Assembly (NCBI RefSeq): GCF_000400465.1
Contig: NW_008806287.1
Location: forward strand, 210,001-242,000
Direction of reading: 5' to 3'
Source: Wallemia ichthyophaga EXF-994
Lineage: Eukaryota; Fungi; Basidiomycota
Length of the DNA: 32,000 nt
Shown here: piece by piece, positions 25,058 through 32,000 of the stretch
How the letters are laid out: every line of letters starts with the position of its first letter
Numbering within the stretch: position 1 is the first letter of the stretch
The notes under the pieces: generated by a model
Database searches by the model: none
Seen by the model: the letters and a program-made list of their open reading frames with translations, nothing else
Told to the model about the DNA's origin: nothing
Program-made: the position numbers and the translations under genes

Positions 25058-25124
25058 AATGAATTGAATTGAATTTAAATTTCATTATTTTAATAATTTT
25101 AATTTGATTTGGGTGAATACCATC

Positions 25125-25950
25125 ATGATGAGGATTAGTAGAGTGGCAGGTAGAATTAGTGGATTAAACAGATTAAGTGGATTACGCTTTATAAACACCC
25201 AACCAAGCTCAGATTTCAATACACCTGCACCAATAAATCCAGCTGTGTACACCACACACCAACAAGGACCTTTACATGACTACGCCAGCTACATAATGGG
25301 ATCATTACCCAAGTTTATACAAGAATTTAGCGTTTATAAGGATGAGATTACTCTAATGGTTCCTCCTTCTGGCGTTCTCCCTACGCTGGACTACCTCAAA
25401 AACCACACCAACTCACAATTCAAATCAGCAATGGATATCACTGCAGCTGATTACCCAACCAGATCCCAAAGATTCCAAGTCATCTACAACCTCCTCAGCG
25501 TTAGACACAATGCTCGTATTAGAGTGAAGACATATGCTGATGAAGTTACGCCAGTTCCTTCAGCGACAGCAATCTACAGAGGCGCTGATTGGTTTGAAAG
25601 AGAAGCCTGGGATATGTATGGTGTCTTCTTCGTTGGCCACCCTGATCTTAGACGTATCTTGACTGATTATGGTGGGTTTGAATGGTTGTTTGGCCAAAGT
25701 TTTCACTCATCCGCAACATACAGGATTTGAAGGTCATCCACTTAGGAAAGACTTCCCCCTCACTGGCTACACAGAGTTGAGATACGATGAAGAGAAAAAG
25801 CGTGTTGTTCAAGAACCTCTACAACTCACTCAAGCCTTTAGAAACTTTGAAGGCGCTGCTTCGGTCTGGGAGCAGGTTGGTGAAGGTGTTGATGAGAAGC
25901 CAGAGCACTTTAAGCTTTCTCCACCAGAGCCAGATACTGAGAACAAGTAG
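25125..25950 (+). CDS. NDUFS3: NADH:ubiquinone oxidoreductase 30 kDa subunit, 257 aa, 1 intron (25672-25723)
   Basis: [56 protein letters not shown]|[21 protein letters not shown]; Arg-rich presequence. Confidence 0.98.
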
Positions 25951-26128
25951 TGTTTTTTAATAAATAATCATTTTTCAATTTTCAATTTATCTTGAATTTA
26001 ACCTGACTTTGTTTGAATTTACTTGAATACTTGAAATTGTTCGAGATTCCTTCAACTTGCTTGACTTGTTTGGTAACACTCAAACACTCAATTTAAATAC
26101 CTGTCAATCTACTAGCAATTTACTAGCA

Positions 26129-27607
26129 ATGACCACCTTATACACCTCATCCACCTCATCCACCCGCCGACATACCTGGATCGCTTTCTCCAGGGCTTTT
26201 ACTTCATTCTCGTCTTTCTCTTCATTCTCATCACAGCGGAGGTGGCTGCACACTCACACAGACGACGATAGCGGCTTGAGTAGTCCTGTTGGTGTTCCAT
26301 ATGGTGCACGTCTACCCAGGCGTAGTAGACGTGTGGCTGTCAGTAGCAGCGGTGATACCAACACAAACACACAGGCACACGCCTACATCGAAAAACCCAG
26401 CACACCCACTACACACAGCTCTCACCGTCCTCCCCTCCTGTTCACCATACGCGACCAGCTAGCCTATGGAACTGAGCTGAATGAGCTTAATGAGCTGAAT
26501 GAGAGGGGCAATACCAGTACCACTAATACACCAACCAAATCACGCAAACAACGTCAAGCGATGAAGAGAGCGCTTCTCGAGGCTGGCGAGCATGTAAACC
26601 CGTTAAAGCAGCCACAGTCACGGCAGTTAGCACAAGACACTCACACCCCGAACTCCCCTCAATACCCATACCAAAATCTACACCCACGCTCCTACCAGCA
26701 AGTCTCACTCGCTTTACAGCGCCACTCACGAAGACAAGTCAGAGAAGCACTCTCGGCCTTCCCACCCCAAACGCTCTTTCACGACAGCACACTCGCTAGC
26801 ATTCTCACAGTCGGACTTGTGCAGACGCGCGATGTTAAGGGGGCTGCTTGGTACCTCGAGCAACTAGGCGAGGGAGTGCAGCTGAGTGAGGCTGCTTTTG
26901 TTGCTTTGCTCGATGGTGTGCCAGCGGAGAGAATGGGGAGAAGGAGCGAGAGCGGGAGCGCGTCTACTAAACAACTCCGCGATCAGGGTAGAGCTCGCCG
27001 TAGCAGCAGCTTCCCACCACCTTACTGCTCATTAGTGGCGCAGTATCAGTGGAGACGTCTCGCGACACTGATCGATGGCGTTAAACCTCCACAGCAGGCT
27101 CTCGTTAATGTTCTTCCCCTCCTCGCTTTGCAGAGAGGGTTGTATGTGTGGGGGAACGGGAGTGCAACTGGTTATGATAACACTCAAACACACACTCGCA
27201 CTCAAACCAACCCCCATACTGCCCTTGCTGTTCTCCGATGGCTCCTGCGCACTGGATACGACGACAGCGCGGCGCTGTTTGTGGAGGAGGTCTTGAGTGG
27301 CTGGGAGGGAAGCGAGCACACCAAACACACACCGCAAATCACCTCATTCGCATTACACTCTCTCAACCTCTTGCTCAAATCACTCTCTCACTCCCATGGT
27401 GACCCTGCTGGTCCCAAGTTCCAAGAAAGATATAAACCATACAAATACTACAAAGACGCGTCGCCAGCCTCGCTGCAGAGCTGCAAACAGGTGGTTGATT
27501 TCTTCTGTAGGAGAGTTCCCTCGCTGAGGTTGAACGGGATGACACATGCGATTGTTGAGGGCGTTAGAAGGGGTGAGAAGGATATCGAGAGCAACATGAA
27601 GAAATAA
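26129..27607 (+). CDS. Hypothetical mitochondrially targeted protein with degenerate PPR-like helical repeats, 492 aa
   Basis: Uninterrupted ORF from the first ATG (26129). S/T/R-rich, acid-free N-terminus ending RRWLH. PPR-like segments STLASILTVGLVQTRDVKGAAWYLEQLGEGVQLSE-AAFVALLDG and LRLNGMTHAIVEG. The CDS is well supported; the family call is tentative. Confidence 0.6.
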   Translation: MTTLYTSSTSSTRRHTWIAFSRAFTSFSSFSSFSSQRRWLHTHTDDDSGLSSPVGVPYGARLPRRSRRVAVSSSGDTNTNTQAHAYIEKPSTPTTHSSHRPPLLFTIRDQLAYGTELNELNELNERGNTSTTNTPTKSRKQRQAMKRALLEAGEHVNPLKQPQSRQLAQDTHTPNSPQYPYQNLHPRSYQQVSLALQRHSRRQVREALSAFPPQTLFHDSTLASILTVGLVQTRDVKGAAWYLEQLGEGVQLSEAAFVALLDGVPAERMGRRSESGSASTKQLRDQGRARRSSSFPPPYCSLVAQYQWRRLATLIDGVKPPQQALVNVLPLLALQRGLYVWGNGSATGYDNTQTHTRTQTNPHTALAVLRWLLRTGYDDSAALFVEEVLSGWEGSEHTKHTPQITSFALHSLNLLLKSLSHSHGDPAGPKFQERYKPYKYYKDASPASLQSCKQVVDFFCRRVPSLRLNGMTHAIVEGVRRGEKDIESNMKK

Positions 27608-27713
27608 TGCATTAGAATAGAATGGATATAGATAGCATACATAGAATATATAGTATACATACTTTCGATGCGTGATACACTTGAGACACTTTCTTTCGTA
27701 TATTGCAATACGT

Positions 27714-28640
27714 CTAAGTCCTCCGACCAGCACCCTTCTTAGGTATCCTAGATTTGATTGGTTGCTGAGATGGGTGTTGAAACAAGCCCTTTTTAATACC
27801 CGAATTGATCTGATCTTGGAGAGACTGTGGGGACTGCGACGAGGTGGTAGTGATGGAATGTTTGTTGATGAGGTTGTTGAGGGAGTGTGTGGATGAGGTG
27901 AGGGCAGCGAGGAGGGTAGTGAGCTGGGTGTCGTTGGCTTCAGTGTCCAACTCTCTCTCAAACTGAGCACTGGTAGTCGCAGGCAGTTGAGTTGAGATGT
28001 TATAAATCATACCAAGTATTTCGTCGTCTCTGCGTGTCTGGCCATGAACTAGCTTTGTCAAATACCCTCTAATCACGTCCACTCTCTCATCCAACAGTTT
28101 TATAGCGTTAACTTGCGTGTTGAGGCCGTTTTTGAGAGCAGAGGAGTGGGAGGAGTGGTTTGATTTGTGTATATCATCAACAGTAACCCTTTCAATATCA
28201 GTTGTTTGGATTGAGTAGTCGCTTTCCACCAATTTAATGTCATCCACATCGAATACACTGACGTAGGCGTGGATGTTGGTGGACTGAGTGTCTACGACGA
28301 GTAATAACGGTGACTCAGTGTACTTAAGGAGTTGCTTGTGTATTTGAGTGGTGTTGGCGATTGTGCGTTGAGTATACCAGCCAATCAGCTCAAATTCCGG
28401 GAACACCTGCTTGAATAGCTCGAGACGGGTATTCAGGTATTCGTTATCCAATTCGACACCGCCCGCGACTCTCAACTCGAAGCTATTTACGATTTGAACA
28501 TTTCTCCCAGATTGAACGCCTAGAAGCGCACCTATAGACACCTCAGCACTGCCAATCCACTTTGACCTGGTACAGTGATCGGATATGTTGAGTACGGGGA
28601 GTGGGTGTATAGATAGCTGTACTTGGTTGGCAGACGACAT
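27714..28640 (-). CDS. CSN6: COP9 signalosome subunit 6 (MPN- domain), 308 aa
   Basis: SIHPLPVLNISDHCTR, IGALLGVQSGRNVQIVNSFEL, RLELFKQVFPEFELIGWY, ERVTVD; no JAMM metal motif. First plausible ATG is 28640. Confidence 0.85.
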   Translation of the reverse strand: MSSANQVQLSIHPLPVLNISDHCTRSKWIGSAEVSIGALLGVQSGRNVQIVNSFELRVAGGVELDNEYLNTRLELFKQVFPEFELIGWYTQRTIANTTQIHKQLLKYTESPLLLVVDTQSTNIHAYVSVFDVDDIKLVESDYSIQTTDIERVTVDDIHKSNHSSHSSALKNGLNTQVNAIKLLDERVDVIRGYLTKLVHGQTRRDDEILGMIYNISTQLPATTSAQFERELDTEANDTQLTTLLAALTSSTHSLNNLINKHSITTTSSQSPQSLQDQINSGIKKGLFQHPSQQPIKSRIPKKGAGRRT

Positions 28641-28931
28641 GGTTGTTGGGATCAAATCTATTAAAGGGCTACTACAGAACAAATACCAATCAAAAGATAT
28701 AAAATACATTGAGACAAGTATTATATTATGTCTATTGCGCGTGTTAGTGTTGCTCAGTGGAACGCAGCCAGAGCCAGACAGCACTCAGTATGTCAATTCT
28801 GGAGCCTTGTAGATGATACATGAGCACACCACTCCTCCCTGAAGAAATTCAAACTTGTGCAGTTCAAAAGCATCATGCGTGGCTGTCGTGTGGCTCTGGC
28901 TTATAAACACCACTCACAGTAGAAAATAGAA

Positions 28932-29278
28932 AACAACCGCATCCAGTACTGACCAAAAGTAAGCCCCATTCTGTTGCCATTGAAATGACCAGCAAAATAC
29001 CTTTGATAGTTGACTATCTAATGACAGACTGCAAACACACAGCTCTTGTCTTCGCTGGTGAGTGAATGCTTTCTGCCTTTCATCGGGAGTGTTTGGTGTG
29101 TCTCCCACTGCAGATCACAGGAGCCATCACCCCACTCCCCACCACACCATCGTCAAAAGACGTGCTCTCCGGCGTGCGTAGGTCCGGGGACTTTCCCCAC
29201 AGCTGTCGTCGCAGCAGAACTTGTCTACTCGCTTGTATTGCTGCGTTATGCTGCTTTTCGTCACTGGATGCGGTTGTT
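28932..29278 (-). ncRNA. NME1: RNase MRP RNA (about 347 nt)
   Basis: Perfect 16-bp terminal helix P1 (29263-29278 with 28932-28947), extended by GACGAAAAG/CTTTTGGTC. P2 CAGCA/TGCTG; P3 CGCAGCA/TGCTGCG; CR-I GGGGAAAGTCCCCGGACCT (29198-29180); GARAR-like GGAGAG (29170-29165); CR-IV-like ATAGTCA (29017-29011); P19 hairpin (28989-28976); CR-V ACAGAATGGGGCTTACT (28974-28958), completing P4 AAGTCCCC/GGGGCTT. Confidence 0.92.
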
Positions 29279-29304
29279 AGGAATGCGTGAGCTGGGATGC
29301 GCGC

Positions 29305-29311
29305 TTAAATA
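29305..29311 (-). promoter_or_regulatory. TATA-like box upstream of the RNase MRP RNA
   Basis: TATTTAA lies 27-33 nt upstream of the inferred 5' end of P1. Confidence 0.5.
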
Positions 29312-29446
29312 GTCTGGAAAATTTGTAAAATTGCTTCAACTATCCTGATATACATGTATCTTACATTCTACTATACAATACACCTTTCTACACGCTTGGG
29401 AATGAGATTAGTGAGGGTCGTTATGGTCTGAAAATTTTCATCTTTT

Positions 29447-30125
29447 TCAGCGCACCTCACCGTCATTAGCATCACCAGCAGAAGCCTTGGCGCCCCCGCA
29501 GGCAACGACACCTCTCTCCTTGTTCCTCTCCCGAATCAGCCCCGCTAGCACCGCGCGCAGTCCCTCTACGACGCTGGTGGTGGGTGGGGGATGGATACGC
29601 AACACCTCGTGCGTGCTCACCAACCCCGCTTCGTCGAATGCATATCGAAACAGCACATCCCACTCGTATCGTTGCTGAGTGAGTCTGTTCGTGCCGTTCA
29701 CTATGAGCCCCATGTGGACATGGCGGTGGTCGTGCAAGCTCACACCCTTCACCACCACCGATGTGTCCGCGTGCAGCGCTACAAACACCACGCGCAGCAC
29801 ACCCGCACTGCGCATATACACCCCTCTGCCGCGCAGAGAAGGCAGTGAAAATTGGCGCAATCGGAGCTGTACGTGCGGGGAGTATAGGGGTGCGCCATTT
29901 GGTAAGATATCCACTAAACCCTCATGGAAGAACTGAGGGAGCGTCTCGTTGAGTGTGTTTATCGCCCTTCCTGCGTGGTTTAGCGGTGTAGGCAGTGGAA
30001 TACGCATACACACCGATTCGTAGGGATTGCTGGGAATCTGAGTGGATATTCCTAGTGTTCCTGATAGCTGGAATACGTCTAATCCTCGTAACACCTCTAA
30101 TGCCTGTACTATACCCAATACACAT
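29447..30125 (-). CDS. DUF2358/C6orf136-like (NTF2/SnoaL-fold) probable mitochondrial protein, 211 aa, 1 intron (29971-30013)
   Basis: Arg-rich presequence-like exon 1 ([28 protein letters not shown]) splices via a 43-nt GTGTGT...CTAAAC...CAG intron to LRIG|[16 protein letters not shown]...LYSPHVQL...RGRGVY. An alternative unspliced start at ATG 30007 gives 186 aa. Family call from remembered motif only. Confidence 0.65.
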
Positions 30126-30146
30126 GGTTGTTCATCCCATACGGCC

Positions 30147-32000
30147 ATGTCCACAGCCACGACGTCAGCCAACACACATCCCACCACCCACGCCATATCC
30201 ACTGTCCTCGGTACAGAATCATACAAATCAATTAACTCCTCCAAAATCCTCATCGTCGGCGCTGGTGGAATTGGCTGTGAGCTACTGAAGAACGTTATCC
30301 TATCTGGCTTCACAGACGTGCACATCATCGACCTCGACTCGATTGACCTCTCTAATCTCAACCGCCAATTCCTCTTCCAAGCGCGGCACATCAAGCGTAG
30401 CAAAGCGGTCGTAGCCAAAGAAACAGCGAGCACGTTCAACCCAAATGCGCTTATAACACCCCACCAAGCCAACGTCAAGGAGACTCATTACAACGTCTCC
30501 TGGTTCGCCCAATTCGACGTGGTCCTCGGCGCACTCGACAACCTCGACGCGCGCCGTCACGTCAACAAGATGTGCCTAGCTGCAGACACGCCTCTTATCG
30601 AGAGTGGAACCACGGGATACTCAGGTAACGTCCAGGTCATCATCAAGGATAAGTTTGAATGCTACGATTGTCAGGTGAAGCCAACTCCCAAGACTTACCC
30701 GGTGTGCACCATCAGAAGCACCCCTTCTGCTCCCATTCACACTATCGTATGGTCTAAATCCTACTTACTACCGTTAGTTTTGATTTTCTCTTGCATTATC
30801 CTAACCTTTCTCACAATCCTCCCAGACACGTCTTTGGCGAGGCTGAGGATGAGGGTGAGCTTGACCGCGCTGAACTCGACGGTGAGAATGGTGACGAAAT
30901 CAAAACGCTCAGGGAGGAGCAAGGCTCGTTCAACAAGATACGCGAGGCTGTCAAGAGTGATGGTGGGCCGCGTGTCTTATTTGACAAGATTTTCAACCGC
31001 GATGTCAGACGATTGTTGCAGATGGAGGATATGTGGAAGACGCGTACTCCGCCCACCCCTCTCGAGTTTGACGAAGCGAGTACGTCTACAGCGCACCCCA
31101 CATCTTCTGGCGCCAGTAAGGGTGAGGGTGACAGCGCTACTGAGAATACCGCCGAGAGTGCCATCGCAGACCAGCGCAAACTCACTCTTGCAGACAACGT
31201 TGGTCTCTTCCTCGACGCTACTGCCCGTCTCGCCCAGCGCTCTTCTAACACGACCCACCCGATCGAATTCGACAAGGACGACCGCGACACGCTCGAATTC
31301 GTCGCAGCTGCTTCTAACCTCCGTTCAATAGTCTATGGCATACCCACCAAGACGCTCTTTGAAGTGAAGGAGATGGCGGGAAACATTATCCCTGCGATAG
31401 CCACCACGAATGCAATTATAGCTGGAGTGCAGACGATGAAAGCGATCAATGTGCTCACGAGGCAGATGGAGCTGTGCAAACCGAGTGTTTATCTCGGCTC
31501 GCAGTTGATAGCAGCTCCGTTCGAGACACCTAATGCAGGATGCACAACTTGTCGCGATGTCTACCTCACCCTGCCAGTGAAGGCGGAGGAGGTGCGTCTG
31601 AGCGAGTTTATAGATGCTCTCAGGAGTAGAGTGGCCGTGTACGCTGATCCATCGCGCGAACTTGCCGTGTTTGAGAGAGAACGTCTCCTCTATGATCCAG
31701 ATTTCGACGAAAATCTAGACAAAACCCTCATGCAGCTGGGATGCGGCGAGAATACATTCATCACTCTCGTTGATGAGGATGGCGAGGTGGAAAATGTTAC
31801 CGTCGTTCTCGCTATGCCTGGGGAGGAGAAGATTGCCCTTCCTCACTCTGACTCTATCAAACAGCCTGCAAAGAAGGAGAAGAAACTCGCTCCTGTCGCT
31901 GAAAACTCACGCAAGAGAGGCCGTGATGATGATGCAAACGATGACAGTACTAATACACAAACTTACACTGAAAATGCTCAGGGCGTCGTTAGCATCGTTG
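30147..32000 (+). CDS. UBA2: SUMO-activating enzyme subunit 2, 3' end truncated by the window edge; intron 30773-30825
   Basis: [50 protein letters not shown], catalytic [31 protein letters not shown], second Zn motif CTTC. Confidence 0.97.

Noticed and set aside
28959-29113. Plus-strand spliced transcript (GTAAGC...CAG and GTGAGT...CAG)
   Set aside because: The first donor is simply the reverse complement of MRP CR-V (GGGGCTTAC), and no coherent ORF results. The region is explained by the minus-strand RNA.
3758-32000. Non-ATG starts and ORF ends given by the ORF track (e.g. 7579, 13126, 26057, 28784, 30042; stops at 3758, 7025, 9347, 24776, 25730)
   Set aside because: These are artefacts of prokaryote-style ORF calling. 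First ATGs and intron donors give better eukaryotic models.

Overview
Eukaryotic (fungal) genomic DNA, very compact, with 41-58 nt GT-AG introns and intergenic gaps often under 200 nt. Gene content and intron style point to a small-genome basidiomycete (Wallemia-like; this is inference). The supplied ORF track is intron-blind, so gene models were rebuilt by hand. Housekeeping genes in order: ADE13 (partial), GAPDH, a Kin4-like kinase, beta-carbonic anhydrase, DEF1, EAF6, PMT2, a DUF89/ARMT1-type phosphatase, HRD3, a GYF/Smy2-like protein, complex I 30 kDa subunit, a PPR-like mitochondrial protein, CSN6, a DUF2358-like protein and UBA2 (partial). There is also an intron-containing tRNA-Ser(UGA). 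Two features are invisible in the ORF track. (1) A complete RNase MRP RNA gene on the minus strand (about 28932-29278), identified from its P1/P3/P4/P19 helices and CR-I/CR-IV/CR-V motifs. (2) A heavily decayed tyrosine recombinase gene (about 14935-17217) with a C-terminal C2H2 finger, resembling DUF3435 Starship captains or Cryptons. It heads a roughly 5 kb non-housekeeping block that also holds an orphan secreted-protein gene, the tRNA and an unexplained structured segment. No database searches or folding programs were run; all family calls come from motif recognition.
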